A DNA stretch of 64,000 bases from Thermoplasmatota archaeon (GCA_018818785.1 JAHIRF010000002.1:135874-199873); one strand, 5' to 3'. Shown: positions 37,035-47,982, counted from the stretch's first letter. A program made the numbers and translations. The notes: a model not told the origin generated them from the sequence alone.

Positions 37035-38011
37035 TCCATCTTCACCCTCGGGTCCATATAGACCAGCAGCACGTCAGCAATCAAATTAGCGATGATCACT
37101 ACTACGGCAATCAAGAAAAATGCCGCCTCTAATAATGGAAAATCCTTATCGATGGTGGCCTTCACGGTCAACCACCCTATCCCGGGATAATCGAAGACGA
37201 CTTCGGCTTGGAAGGCGCCACCTACGACGAATGCGATATCGATCGCAATCAGCGCGACCATAGGAAGCATGGCATTGGGTAGTGCGTGATCCTTCAGGAC
37301 CTTTCGTTCGGTCATACCCTTGGCCCTGGCAGTGGTTATGTACTCCTCGGTCATCACATCGATCAAAGAACCCCGCATGATGAGGGAAAAAGCGGCAATA
37401 CTCCCTATGGTCAGGGCCGTAGCTGGTAATACCAAATGCGATAACATGTCTTTGATCGAGATCCATGTGAACTCGAACCTCGTGCCGTACTCCAATGCAC
37501 CACCAGAGGGGGTCCACTTGAGTTCGGTAGCGAATATGACGATGAGCATCATCGCAAACCAGAAGGTTGGCATTGCATAGAAGAACAATGAAAATGCCAT
37601 TGATCCAGTGTCGAAGGCGCCTCCACGCTTCCATGCAGCCAGAATTCCAATCGACATCCCGATGACTATCATAAGTATCGACGAAGTTCCCGTGAGAATC
37701 AGGGTCCACACCATGTTGTCAAGTATGATGTCCATGGCGGGCCTAAGCGGTTCCGAGATAGCATTCCCGAAGTTGAGTGTGAACACGTTCTCAATGTACT
37801 TGAGAAATTGCACATAAATCGGTTGATCGAGCCCGAAATCATGAATGAACTGTTCCTTATATTCATCGGATACCCTAGTATTGTTCCTGAGATTCATCAA
37901 AGGGTCACCGGGTATGACTCGGAAAAGGAAGAAGTTCATCACGACTACCATGAGGAGGGTTATGAAGGAGTTAAAGGCCTTTCTTGCAATCAATATCTTG
38001 CCGTTTCTCAT
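37031..38011 (-). CDS. Peptide ABC transporter permease (DppB/OppB-like)
   Basis: IPGDP, FGLDQP, YITTARAKG, DPRV. Confidence 0.92.
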   Translation of the reverse strand: MRNGKILIARKAFNSFITLLMVVVMNFFLFRVIPGDPLMNLRNNTRVSDEYKEQFIHDFGLDQPIYVQFLKYIENVFTLNFGNAISEPLRPAMDIILDNMVWTLILTGTSSILMIVIGMSIGILAAWKRGGAFDTGSMAFSLFFYAMPTFWFAMMLIVIFATELKWTPSGGALEYGTRFEFTWISIKDMLSHLVLPATALTIGSIAAFSLIMRGSLIDVMTEEYITTARAKGMTERKVLKDHALPNAMLPMVALIAIDIAFVVGGAFQAEVVFDYPGIGWLTVKATIDKDFPLLEAAFFLIAVVVIIANLIADVLLVYMDPRVKME

Positions 38012-38152
38012 CGTAGCACCTAATGCATTGTTACCTTGAGAGGACTGAGCACGGATTCCACCTATTCACTATCCACACTTCTCTCCAGCTTATGCACTGC
38101 ATCCTGGAATGAAATGGAAAACGGTTTGAAGAAGGGGTTTATCACGACACTA

Positions 38153-40816
38153 TCAGGATGTCAGTGGCGGTTCTTCAGGCGGGGATGGTGGCTCGGCGCT
38201 CTTCCTGCGCTTCATCATCATGATAGCAGCCAATGCTCCGACTATCGCGATCACCGCGATTATCCCCGCGATGGCCACTGCGCTTATTCCGCCAGAATCA
38301 TCCTTCACTGGTGTCAGATTCACATTGCATACGGTCGTATTGCCAGCTGTGACCTCCGCGGTGGTGACATTCTTCTCGTATCCAATCTTTGTCACGTTGA
38401 CGATCACAGTCCCTGCTTCGACAGCGATGAACGAATAGAATCCTGTAGCGTTCGTCGTGAATTTCTTCGTCTTATCGCCATACGTTATCTCCACGGTAGC
38501 ACTTGCGATCGATGCACCTGTCTCGTTGTCGTATACGTAGCCAGACAGAGTTCCAGATGTCAGTGCCAGCGTAAGGTTCACCCATGTTGTCTCACCGGCA
38601 ACGATAATGGCATCACCGGAAGCTATTCCATATCCGGTCTTCGATGCATTGACCATATACGAACCTTCAGGCAATGACACCATGTATGCTCCATCGACGT
38701 CAGTTGATCTCGACTGGTCACTAACGAGGATTGTCGCTCCTACGATACCAACAGAGTCCTCATCGGACACGACGCCTCTTAGCCATCCACTACCCTCCGC
38801 CAAATCGGTTACATTGACGACAAGATCATCCACACCGGAAAGTCCGCCTGGATCTGTGACCCTCAACATCACGCTGACAATGCCAGTCTGGTCGAATTTA
38901 TATGATACCGTACGACCATCAAGCACTGTGCTGGACAAATCCGGTTCTGTGAACTCCCACTCCCAGGTGAGCGTTTCTGTTGCATCGTTCTCGTCATCCG
39001 CTTCACCTGTGAACGACAATGTCTCTCCAACAGTACACGATTGATCCTGGCCCGCGTTCACGTTCTCCGGAGGCATCGGATCGACCCAATCTGCCACAGG
39101 CGTGACTTCGAAGAAGAACCACATCGATCCAGGAGTCATACCCGCATTGGCCGTCATGTCTGGATAGTTGGTGAATCTCTCTGTGGTGTATGCATATAGA
39201 CCCATTGGATAGTACAACACAACATACGGGCACTGATCATAGAGGAGCGCCTGCATTTCGAGGATGATAGATTGTCTTTCCTCTTTATCCACCGTGGTTT
39301 GCTGTTCTAGGTACATACGATCATAGGTCGCATTGGACCAGAAGGAGTCAGACCACCGTGTCCAGTCCTGTGGACTCTGCGGAATCTGGTCAGTTGTCTG
39401 CGTCGAAAGCATGAAGTTCGGATCAACATCGGTGTCCCATGCCCATATGAACAGATCCATCTGACAGCCGAGCCATAGGTTGTACATCTGCCCCTCGGAT
39501 ATACCCGCAGGAGTAGCCTTTATGCCAATCTCAGCTAGCGAGTCCTCAATGTCAATCGCAGCTGAACGGTCGTCGGTCTTGTCACTCCTGTAGTAGAACG
39601 AGAATTCCAGATCGACTCCAGATGTGCCGTTGTCTCTGATATCGTTGCCGTCAGTGTCAACGTATCCAGCTGCGTCCAGAAGTGCATTCGCCTTGGCGAT
39701 CTGATAATCCCACCTGGTCTCCTCATCGACATAGTAATGCCAATATGAAGTCGCGGTCGGAATAATCGAATCACCGACTTCTGCGAGTCCTTCCATGACG
39801 TCGTTGACAATGTAGTCCTTGTCCGTCGCCATAGCGATCGCCTGACGAACAGAAAGGTTGGTAGTCTCGAGATTGTCACTGGCCTTGGGGAAGTTCTCTC
39901 GCAGTTCAGGAGAGGCACAGTTGATACCTAGTTCGAATATCGACAGAGCCTTTACAGCCTGTCCCGCGATTCCATCCGTCTCAAGCGTCTCAGTCCAGAG
40001 TCTTGCGGGAACACCCATTGCGACATCGATATCATCCGCCCAGAGTGCCTCCATCATCGTGGTATCTGACAAGAATATCTTGAAGAGAACCTGATCGACC
40101 ACGACCTGGTCGATATAATACTCGTCCCAGGCAAGCATTCGAATCCACCCAAGCGTGGCATCATACTCATCGAGGATCAGCGGCCCAGAGCCGATGGGGC
40201 CGTCAGGAAATGCGGTCTGGTCCCATGGATCAATCTTGTCAAGTTTGTCCACATCGACTTCGCTCCATAGATGCTCGGGCAATATCGGCACCATGATGGT
40301 CAACATCGTGGCCTTCTTGACATCAGTGGTGATCTGTACGGTGTAATCATCGATAGCAACAACAGGATGCACAATGTTTGACAGATAGTCGATCCAGAGC
40401 GCGCATGTGTCTGGATTCTCAAGTATCGTATTGTATGTGAATACTACATCATCTGCGGTCACATCCTGGCCGTCGTGCCATTTGGCGTTCTCAACGAGGT
40501 TGAATGTCCAGACGAGACCAGATGCGTCAGTCGTCCAGGATTCCGCCAACTGATCTCCTGGAGATAGGTCCGGTTCAACGGATGTGAGCGTGTCATACAC
40601 GAGGAAATTTATCGTGTACGATATGCTCAAGGCCATCTTGAATGGATTCAGAGTATCCGGTTTCTGAAGGACTCCAACGATCAACTCGGAGTCCTCTTCA
40701 GCTGCCCCAGATTGTTTCGAAACCATTGGGAAGGCAAATAGCCCCACCAACAGAACAAGCGCACATATAGCCGCGGCAAGGTGCCGTCTTCCTGCACCGT
40801 AGTTCAGATGATTCAC
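38153..40816 (-). CDS. Family-5 ABC substrate-binding protein with C-terminal PKD-like/beta-sandwich repeats and TM anchor
   Basis: LAESW..WTFNL..KWHDG..TADDVVFT; VRQAIA; C-terminal TM + KRRK. Confidence 0.9.
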   Translation of the reverse strand: MNHLNYGAGRRHLAAAICALVLLVGLFAFPMVSKQSGAAEEDSELIVGVLQKPDTLNPFKMALSISYTINFLVYDTLTSVEPDLSPGDQLAESWTTDASGLVWTFNLVENAKWHDGQDVTADDVVFTYNTILENPDTCALWIDYLSNIVHPVVAIDDYTVQITTDVKKATMLTIMVPILPEHLWSEVDVDKLDKIDPWDQTAFPDGPIGSGPLILDEYDATLGWIRMLAWDEYYIDQVVVDQVLFKIFLSDTTMMEALWADDIDVAMGVPARLWTETLETDGIAGQAVKALSIFELGINCASPELRENFPKASDNLETTNLSVRQAIAMATDKDYIVNDVMEGLAEVGDSIIPTATSYWHYYVDEETRWDYQIAKANALLDAAGYVDTDGNDIRDNGTSGVDLEFSFYYRSDKTDDRSAAIDIEDSLAEIGIKATPAGISEGQMYNLWLGCQMDLFIWAWDTDVDPNFMLSTQTTDQIPQSPQDWTRWSDSFWSNATYDRMYLEQQTTVDKEERQSIILEMQALLYDQCPYVVLYYPMGLYAYTTERFTNYPDMTANAGMTPGSMWFFFEVTPVADWVDPMPPENVNAGQDQSCTVGETLSFTGEADDENDATETLTWEWEFTEPDLSSTVLDGRTVSYKFDQTGIVSVMLRVTDPGGLSGVDDLVVNVTDLAEGSGWLRGVVSDEDSVGIVGATILVSDQSRSTDVDGAYMVSLPEGSYMVNASKTGYGIASGDAIIVAGETTWVNLTLALTSGTLSGYVYDNETGASIASATVEITYGDKTKKFTTNATGFYSFIAVEAGTVIVNVTKIGYEKNVTTAEVTAGNTTVCNVNLTPVKDDSGGISAVAIAGIIAVIAIVGALAAIMMMKRRKSAEPPSPPEEPPLTS

Positions 40817-41048
40817 TTATACTAGTCCCCCTACTATCCGCCTGAACCTGGAGAATTAGATCCCCCGGCCCTAAGCAATGCAAGCCGGATTATACAAGAT
40901 GCTATAAAAACGATGGCATTTACAGACACGAATGCGGAGCATAATCGAATAATGATGTCGATTACCGACGCATCTGAAAGGCCAGAATCAAAATCTATGC
41001 ACGTAAATAACCATTCGAACTCCTTTTATATTAGGTGCATGCATTTGC

Positions 41049-41367
41049 GAGTCGCTAGGCTTGACCGGGACGTTCGGCGTGTCCTTATACACCAAAATCG
41101 TCGACAGTGGGGGTGACAGCTGGGGACGTCGTAACCGAACCGGCGCCAGTCCAGAAGCCGACAGTGAGGCCCTGTCCGATGGGGTTGAAGGGGGCTATAT
41201 GCTCCTGCCGGAGGGCGGGGGTGTGTGCCTTTGTCGCGGAGATCGGGTCAGGCCCTGACGGGAGCAGCCTTACCGCGAACTATCAACGCTCACCGGGAAG
41301 CGGGACCGAGGAGGTTTCTGGGTCGCTGGCGCATGGAGAGGCCGGCAACCCCAGTGGCCTAGCACTC
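41049..41367 (+). ncRNA. ffs: Archaeal SRP RNA (7S)
   Basis: 5' GAGTCGCTAGGC pairs with 3' GCCTAGCACTC; Alu-like GTTCGGCG; helix 8 CAGGCCC-TGAC-GGGAGCAG; pyrimidine tract downstream. Confidence 0.9.
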
Positions 41368-41531
41368 CTCCTTTTCTCTCAAGAGAGTCGAGCACGGCGG
41401 ACGCCGCAGCGTGACAGCATCCTTTTACTAGCTCAACCTACCCGAGCGTTTAGGCGCCCTCTCGGATTGGTTGCTAACCGCTGTGTTACCGTGTTTCTCG
41501 CTCTTCCTATCAACATGAAGCGCCAGCGTGC

Positions 41532-42512
41532 TCATAGCTTTTGCGGAGTCGAGCATCCAAAGGTATCAGTCCCGAAATCGAACAGGGTGCGACTCTCACC
41601 TTGGTGGATCAAATCGAGTCTTTGTGAGCTGGTGACCACGCCGCAGCGCGCGCCCTGTACGCCTGCGCGCTTGAACCCGTTCAAGACGGATCTGGCCTTG
41701 CTTGGCTCACATGTCACGACGAAACCGAATCCCTGATACGCGAGGAGCCATTGCAGGAGGTCGACATTGCGGGGTCTGGGTATCAACGATACATCTACCT
41801 CCGCTCCGCACGAGCTTGATTCCAAGAGCATGCCAAGCGTGCCCAACGATCCTGGATTGCTGATATCCTTCCCAGAGCTGAGCATTGGCGCCATCCTGTG
41901 CATCAACCTCACAAGTTTCTGGACCTCAAGGGAGGTTTTCATGCTCGTCGTATCCCAGGAATATCTGAGTCCCCGAGTGAATCTTCCTACCAAATCCATC
42001 GCGAATATGATCGAATCGCCGGCCTTTGCCCCGGAGCTCAGTAGGAGATGCTCCCTGTCAGTCCTTCCCAGTATCGCCACATCGATCGCGTCATAAATCG
42101 TGTCAGGGTGCAGGTGCCCACCCACCATGGGGACACCGAACTTATCACAAGCGGACCTCATGCCATCGACGATCTTCCTGCGTTTCGCCGCATCAGAGCA
42201 CGATAAGACATTGACTGCTGCCATGGGCAAGCCACCCATCGCGGAGATGTCGTTGACGTTGACAAGCACTGCGCAATAGCCCGCCCATCGCGGATTCTTC
42301 TGTATTAGGTCAGGTCGTATGCCATCAGCAGCCATCAGCAACACTTCCGACCCGAACTCCATGGCGGCCGCATCCTCCCCGTGGGTCGCGATCACGCCCT
42401 TGGCATAAAGGGGGAGCAGCCTCGAAGCGACTGAGGATATAGCGGATTTCCTGACCACCCCTCGATAGGCTCTGATCGCCTCAACCAGCTTGTCAGCATC
42501 TATCATGTCCAC
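41532..42512 (-). CDS. AIR synthase/selenophosphate-synthetase-related protein (COG2144-like)
   Basis: GEDAAA, AADGI, VNVNDISAMGG, GGHLHPD, KDISNPGSLGTLGMLLE. Confidence 0.85.
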   Translation of the reverse strand: MDMIDADKLVEAIRAYRGVVRKSAISSVASRLLPLYAKGVIATHGEDAAAMEFGSEVLLMAADGIRPDLIQKNPRWAGYCAVLVNVNDISAMGGLPMAAVNVLSCSDAAKRRKIVDGMRSACDKFGVPMVGGHLHPDTIYDAIDVAILGRTDREHLLLSSGAKAGDSIIFAMDLVGRFTRGLRYSWDTTSMKTSLEVQKLVRLMHRMAPMLSSGKDISNPGSLGTLGMLLESSSCGAEVDVSLIPRPRNVDLLQWLLAYQGFGFVVTCEPSKARSVLNGFKRAGVQGARCGVVTSSQRLDLIHQGESRTLFDFGTDTFGCSTPQKL

Positions 42513-42540
42513 GACACCGCCATCTATCGGATACTTCGAT

Positions 42541-43161
42541 TCAGAGTTTGGTCTGGACGGTCTCCTTCATGTGCGATCGTAGGTTGAACCGTTCGGCCAC
42601 GATCTCCGCCAGAACCTTCATGAACTCCTCTTCGAGATCTGCTTCCACTATCGTCGGTATGTCGCTGTTCGGGACCTTGTATCCCATGCGAGTCAACACA
42701 ACCTTCGCGTCGGTCCGTTCCTCTGGGGTGGCCTTCCTCCCCTCGATGACACCATCCAGATTGCATCTGCGGACCTCCATATCGAACACAGCCCTCTTGA
42801 AGAGTCTTTGGAGACAGTAGGCAGCCAGTGAGGCTCTCTCGGTAGCCGTCCCTGCATTCATAGAGGCGGCCTCGCCTATGAGTTCGTATATGTTCTTCTC
42901 CCTGGTGGATGATATTGAGAATACTTTTGCGGGCTTGATATCTCTAGCTCTGAGTATGTTCATGTCTGCGAGGGCCTTCAGATACCCTGTCAACTCAAGC
43001 CTATGGAGCTTGATGCCCTTGGTGCCGAGCTCCCGACATATGCCGCTTATCGATGCGGGGTCCTTCTTCAGTATCTCGAGGACGAGTTCCTTCATGTCCT
43101 TCTCTGGCGAGAACATAGTACCGGACTTGGTAACAGATTCGGTAATAAAACCCTTTCTCAA
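42541..43161 (-). CDS. Hypothetical winged-helix protein
   Basis: SISGICREL..HRLELTGYLKAL; co-oriented with neighbours. Confidence 0.65.
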   Translation of the reverse strand: MRKGFITESVTKSGTMFSPEKDMKELVLEILKKDPASISGICRELGTKGIKLHRLELTGYLKALADMNILRARDIKPAKVFSISSTREKNIYELIGEAASMNAGTATERASLAAYCLQRLFKRAVFDMEVRRCNLDGVIEGRKATPEERTDAKVVLTRMGYKVPNSDIPTIVEADLEEEFMKVLAEIVAERFNLRSHMKETVQTKL

Positions 43162-44765
43162 TTCAGCAGGGCGGGCCCGATCAATTGCCAGAGGATTAGG
43201 AATAGCACGGACAACGCGAACATGAGCGTGAGGGTGCCGACGGCTTTCTCCCTCTGCTCGGTCGAAAGGCCTTTCCTGATCTTGCTGAGCAGATAATCCG
43301 CCGAATCACGGAACAGATATCCTCCATCTAGAGGTACCGCAGGCAGGACGTTGGTCAGGCCGAGCATCAAGTTCAGCCAGAATATCCAATACAATGAATT
43401 GGTGAGGATCCAGAAGGCTCCCGCAGGCATCCACGCGAACGCACCGCTCGGTTCGTAGAGGTCAGTGACCGGTGACCGCAACGGAGCCAAATCAAGGAAC
43501 GGCAGCGCTATCAGTCTAAGCCAGGACCTGGAGAAATCGTCTAGATTCCTGTCGCCATCGAATGGATCGGAAAGAATAGCCGCATAGTAATCGGCATCTT
43601 CGACGTCGAGCCCCATGTTGAGGAAGCCCGCCCCGAGATATCCCTGACCATAGAATGAATCCTCGTTGTCCGAGGGGTAGAATTCATCATAGAAATCGTA
43701 CTTATCTGAAAGCGTGAGCGAAGTTATCGTCTCATTGAACTGGAAGGATTCGCTCGCATCATCGTAGCTCATGATGGAGACATTGACGACCTGGTCCGAG
43801 TGGGTCGCCACCATCGCCTGCCTCAGGTCGTCCAGGTTCCTGAGCTCAGTATCGTTCAACGAGAGGATTACCATCCCTGCATGCAGGCCGCCGATGTTCG
43901 CAGCATAATCCTTCACAGTGTACGAAACGACTAATCCGTACACGACACCCGAGGCAGTCAGATGTTCTCCAGAGAAGGTGTATTCGACATCCACCAAGGA
44001 GCCAGGGGCTATGGAAGATAGCTCATCGAGATCTTCAGCAGAGGTCAACCCGACACCGCCGACGGAGGTAACCACGCTCGAGGTCGTGACACCTGCGAAA
44101 TTGACAGGCGAACCCTCCACCACACCCATGGTTAGAGCCCCATCCTCGGCAGGTTCCACGGAGGCCATCATGACGCCTGAGAACAAGGATAGTACCACAA
44201 TGGCGACGATTATGTTCGTCGCCGGACCCGCCGCGAAGACTCTCGCCCTGATCTTCCGCGTGGTCGACCGCAGCTCCATCTCATCAGGTTCCACAAATGC
44301 TCCCACGGGGAACACGAAGAAGAGCACTCCCAGGGATACGAGCTTCAAGTTGCCCAGGCGGGTCATGATGCCATGTGCCAGTTCATGCACGACGATGGCG
44401 ACCACGAGCCCCAGTATGCCGTATCCCAGAGGTATGATAGGGTTTATTCCCGGGATCCCAAGTATCAGCTCAGGGGAAGGGGCTTGCGCGACCTGGTCGA
44501 CTATGGTCGCCTCCCACAAGAGGAGCACCATGATAATCACCATGGACCCTGCACATATCCATAGTGACAGCTTCCCATAGATGGTCCAGAGCAGCTTTCG
44601 TTGTGATACTCGGTCGATGAAGTCCCTGCCCTTCTGGGTCTTCATCATTATCATCGGACCCATTAGACTCAAGTTGTGACGTTCGAGCCATTTGGTCCTG
44701 TTCAGAACGTATATCAGAAGAATCCAAGCGATGAACACTATGAGCGCGATAAGGTATCCGTTCAT
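43158..44765 (-). CDS. Site-2 protease (M50) with PDZ domains
   Basis: HELAH, AGPATN, NVLPAVPLDGG. Confidence 0.93.
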   Translation of the reverse strand: MNGYLIALIVFIAWILLIYVLNRTKWLERHNLSLMGPMIMMKTQKGRDFIDRVSQRKLLWTIYGKLSLWICAGSMVIIMVLLLWEATIVDQVAQAPSPELILGIPGINPIIPLGYGILGLVVAIVVHELAHGIMTRLGNLKLVSLGVLFFVFPVGAFVEPDEMELRSTTRKIRARVFAAGPATNIIVAIVVLSLFSGVMMASVEPAEDGALTMGVVEGSPVNFAGVTTSSVVTSVGGVGLTSAEDLDELSSIAPGSLVDVEYTFSGEHLTASGVVYGLVVSYTVKDYAANIGGLHAGMVILSLNDTELRNLDDLRQAMVATHSDQVVNVSIMSYDDASESFQFNETITSLTLSDKYDFYDEFYPSDNEDSFYGQGYLGAGFLNMGLDVEDADYYAAILSDPFDGDRNLDDFSRSWLRLIALPFLDLAPLRSPVTDLYEPSGAFAWMPAGAFWILTNSLYWIFWLNLMLGLTNVLPAVPLDGGYLFRDSADYLLSKIRKGLSTEQREKAVGTLTLMFALSVLFLILWQLIGPALLN

Positions 44766-44813
44766 TTCAGGTGACCAACTGTCTGCGCATCAGGATACTG
44801 ATATTAATTGGTT

Positions 44814-45236
44814 TCATTCTTTTTCGTTGTGATCATCTGGGGAACCAGGCACTTCGGGGCGATGTCGGGCCCATTCCTCATCCGACAATTCATCGTATAC
44901 ATCCGTCGAATGATCCACATCCACCTTGACTGCCTCATCCATCTGCGCCAGTCTGATGATCTGATCCTTCTTCAGTATCCAGAAATGAATCCGCCAGAGC
45001 TTGCCCTTCTTGATCAGGACCTCTTCCTGTGTCGTTGTGAGCATTCCGGCCTCCTCGAGCATGTAGAAGACATCTCGATCCTCTGGAGTCAGTCTATTAT
45101 CGATGACTTCGTCTGTGTATCCGAAGAAACTCATCAGGTATTCTGCTAGCTTCGCGATCTCCTCAGAGGACATCCCTTTCTTGCCGATGGTCCTCTTGAG
45201 AGCTAGTTCCACCTGCTGCATGGTGACAATAGTCAT
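44814..45236 (-). CDS. Conserved hypothetical protein (DUF6015-like)
   Basis: FFGYTDEVIDNRL..DRDVFYMLEEAG..GKLWRIHFW. Confidence 0.7.
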   Translation of the reverse strand: MTIVTMQQVELALKRTIGKKGMSSEEIAKLAEYLMSFFGYTDEVIDNRLTPEDRDVFYMLEEAGMLTTTQEEVLIKKGKLWRIHFWILKKDQIIRLAQMDEAVKVDVDHSTDVYDELSDEEWARHRPEVPGSPDDHNEKE

Positions 45237-45301
45237 CCCAATCCCGAAGATGAAACTCAGTACACTCCTATAAGACTGTCGAATAAGAATAATGCAGAGG
45301 T

Positions 45302-45988
45302 CTATGTCCGGGACCTGTGATCCACGACTTTGAAATCAGGCCCAGAGATGCCGGCAATGATACGCTCGGCCCAGTGCAACTTCCTTCGCTTGACTGCCAA
45401 TGTCTTCCCCGGCTTGGACGAGGGGTTGTCGAAGTCGAATCCGATCAGATGCGCCTTCTTTGCCCCCAGCTCCGAGGATATGCACACTGCTCTGTCCCCG
45501 TCAGTGAATCCACCGAAATTGTAGAGGCCTGTCACCGGTTCGCACTGACATGTCCCCACGATCGGCCCAGTGAATAGTGGGACATAGGCCTTGAGCGACG
45601 GGACGTTGTCGCCGTGGGCATGTACGAACACCACGGTCCCCTCCGCGTTCGCGTCCACCTGGTCTCCGACCACACCATCCAAGTCGGTCACGATCAGCTT
45701 AGGCTTGATTCCAGAATCCAATAGGTGCGTGGTTGCGCCATCTGCCGCGATCACGAAAGCCTGCGAGGGGATGGATGACAATTCATTCGAGAGGCACTCC
45801 CCTCCACCGCAGACATACACCTCATCCGGAAACCCTCTCAGGAGGTAATCCATGACTCCAACGCAATCAGTCGCTCGGGGCATCAGCAGTTCGGCGAGGG
45901 TATGCGCAGATACGATATCCTCATCTTCGGAGAATCCGAACTCGGAAGAGATATGCCGGTAGATCGGCATCCAATCCGCGAGTCTCAA
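45302..45988 (-). CDS. mptE: 6-hydroxymethyl-7,8-dihydropterin pyrophosphokinase
   Basis: AADGAT, VTDLDG, HAHGDN, NFGGFTDGDRA, GFDF. Confidence 0.9.
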   Translation of the reverse strand: MRLADWMPIYRHISSEFGFSEDEDIVSAHTLAELLMPRATDCVGVMDYLLRGFPDEVYVCGGGECLSNELSSIPSQAFVIAADGATTHLLDSGIKPKLIVTDLDGVVGDQVDANAEGTVVFVHAHGDNVPSLKAYVPLFTGPIVGTCQCEPVTGLYNFGGFTDGDRAVCISSELGAKKAHLIGFDFDNPSSKPGKTLAVKRRKLHWAERIIAGISGPDFKVVDHRSRT

Positions 45989-45992
45989 GAGG

Positions 45993-47150
45993 TCACGCTC
46001 CGGACGCCTGACGCGTTTTGCCCGCCTCGCTTCTGAGAGATGCGTTCAATACTGAGCTGAATATGGCGATTAGGATACCGGTTATCATCTCTGCGATTAC
46101 CACGGTGAGGTCGTAGTCTCCATATCCGATGAAATAGGATAGGGCGTCTGCGGAACCCTGGACGATGAAACCCGTTGCGAGCACGGAGACCATCATGACG
46201 ATGAACGACCAACGGATCTTTCCCGTCTGCATGAATGTCGTGACAGACTTGCCCGATTCGAAGGCGAACACGCCGAATACGATGAACCACACAGCACCGG
46301 ATACGAAAATCAGTATCGAGATGGCCAGGCTCCGCTCATGCGACAGGAGTGATTCACGATATACCGTGGCCATATCGAACCCTATCAGCAGGCCTACAAC
46401 CCCGAGGACCAGCCCTATTATTGCGAACGGGATCGCAAGGCTTCCCTGTCTAATGGATCTCTTGGTCCGGACGATGCGCTCGCGCAGGGCATCCGCCCAC
46501 CTGTAGGACCACCCCAGCAGGTACAGCCCAAGGACGATGCCTATGACCCCGACGGCCATCTGAGAAAGCAGACCGATATCTTCGTAATTCTGTTCTACGA
46601 ATTCCACGATCTTGACTATCAGCGATAGCATGCCCCAGATGATGAGCACGAGTGAGAGAGGGACTACCCATTTCCGTCTCATCTTCTCGTCCTGGAGGGT
46701 CTTGACGATGAGGTAATATGTGCCCTCGATGCTCTTGCTCTGCTTCACGTAGACGCGCCGTACAGAATCGATCTTGATCCTCGAGGAAATCACGGGGTAT
46801 ATCGCCTCGTCCTCGACCCCGTCACTGACGAGGATGGCACGGTCGGGTTTCACGACCTCAAGGACGTTCTCCAGCTGAGTAGCGAGTATGAGGTCGGATT
46901 GGAAGCCCACATGCGAATCACCCGAGATGGTAGCTATCTCCGCGTCCATACCCCGTTTCACAAGGTCGTCGTAGAGCTGCAAGCCAGACAGGATGGTGTT
47001 CGTGTCGACCTCCTCGGGGTCCGCAAGTCCGAGCGCCAGTGCAGATTCGATGTTCTCTTCTCTACCGATGACAGGACCGTTTATACCCGCCTTTGAGCCT
47101 AGGTCGTCATCCCTGTCTACGCATAGAACGAGAATCCTCATCAGACCCAC
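45993..47150 (-). CDS. DUF373 membrane protein
   Basis: LVLCVDRDDDLG.K, DPEEVDTN, VSDG.EDE, YVKQS..IE.TYY. Confidence 0.88.
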   Translation of the reverse strand: MGLMRILVLCVDRDDDLGSKAGINGPVIGREENIESALALGLADPEEVDTNTILSGLQLYDDLVKRGMDAEIATISGDSHVGFQSDLILATQLENVLEVVKPDRAILVSDGVEDEAIYPVISSRIKIDSVRRVYVKQSKSIEGTYYLIVKTLQDEKMRRKWVVPLSLVLIIWGMLSLIVKIVEFVEQNYEDIGLLSQMAVGVIGIVLGLYLLGWSYRWADALRERIVRTKRSIRQGSLAIPFAIIGLVLGVVGLLIGFDMATVYRESLLSHERSLAISILIFVSGAVWFIVFGVFAFESGKSVTTFMQTGKIRWSFIVMMVSVLATGFIVQGSADALSYFIGYGDYDLTVVIAEMITGILIAIFSSVLNASLRSEAGKTRQASGA

Positions 47151-47254
47151 CTAATGGCCCGCAGGGTTATTTTACTCTGCGCCTGGGAGATACTGGCTCA
47201 GACAATCATGGGTTTGGTTAAAAATGCTTATATAATAACCACCGATTTATCTGT

Positions 47255-47899
47255 ATGATGGCCAAAAAATTCGACCGCGCCGAACCCAAGAAAGAATGCC
47301 CTAGTTGTGGTCTCGGCGTTTCACTCGAGGCCAACATATGTGAATTCTGTGGCTGGGACTTCGAAGAGGAGGATGAGTGGATACTCCAGATCGAGAAGCT
47401 CGAGAGGGAGCTCATGCTCGAGAAGCAGAAGTTCGAGCCCGGTTCAGTCAACCACATGATAGAATCAACGCTCAGTAATCCTGTCCTTGATAGAACCGAG
47501 ACGCGTTGCGATGATGATAAGCCCGCGACTGCTAGCGACCTCCTTGCAGGTGGAAGAGCAGCGAACAACCCGCCTGTGAGAAGGGTACAAGAGCCAGCAT
47601 CCGTACACATGGCACATCCTAAGGCGGCGATGCCGAAGAACGAACCCAAGGTCGCCGCGGAACCCACTCCAAAGACAAGGACTGTCAGGAGCGTCAAGAA
47701 ACCATCTCCTGCGCCGGTCGTCGAGCCCGAACCCCTGGTCGAGGAGCAGTCGCTCCCCGAATTCGTGCCGGAGACCCGAGCACCCGCTCAGAGGACTATC
47801 AGGAAGGTGCGGCAGGTGGCTGCACCAAAGCCCGCGCCGATGCCCGTGCCAACGGAACCTCCGAAGAAGACCCGCGCGATCAGGCGCGTGAAGGATTGA
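47255..47899 (+). CDS. Zinc-ribbon protein with Pro/Lys-rich repetitive tail
   Basis: CPSCG..CEFCG; repeated RTVRSVK/RTIRKVR/RAIRRVK. Confidence 0.7.
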   Translation: MMAKKFDRAEPKKECPSCGLGVSLEANICEFCGWDFEEEDEWILQIEKLERELMLEKQKFEPGSVNHMIESTLSNPVLDRTETRCDDDKPATASDLLAGGRAANNPPVRRVQEPASVHMAHPKAAMPKNEPKVAAEPTPKTRTVRSVKKPSPAPVVEPEPLVEEQSLPEFVPETRAPAQRTIRKVRQVAAPKPAPMPVPTEPPKKTRAIRRVKD

Positions 47900-47982
47900 G
47901 ATGACGGAATATCGGTCCGGCACCACCGCTCTTGTTAAGTACGGATTGGATTATTATCTCAATTCCCGGGGAGAGTAGATAA

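Noticed and set aside
41107-41736. 209-aa ORF
   Set aside because: Overlaps the SRP RNA and the opposite-strand gene.
41532-42512. Selenophosphate synthetase supporting Sec recoding, or evidence of methanogenesis
   Set aside because: Sequence fits the COG2144 AIR-synthase-related family rather than SelD; a single such gene is not diagnostic.
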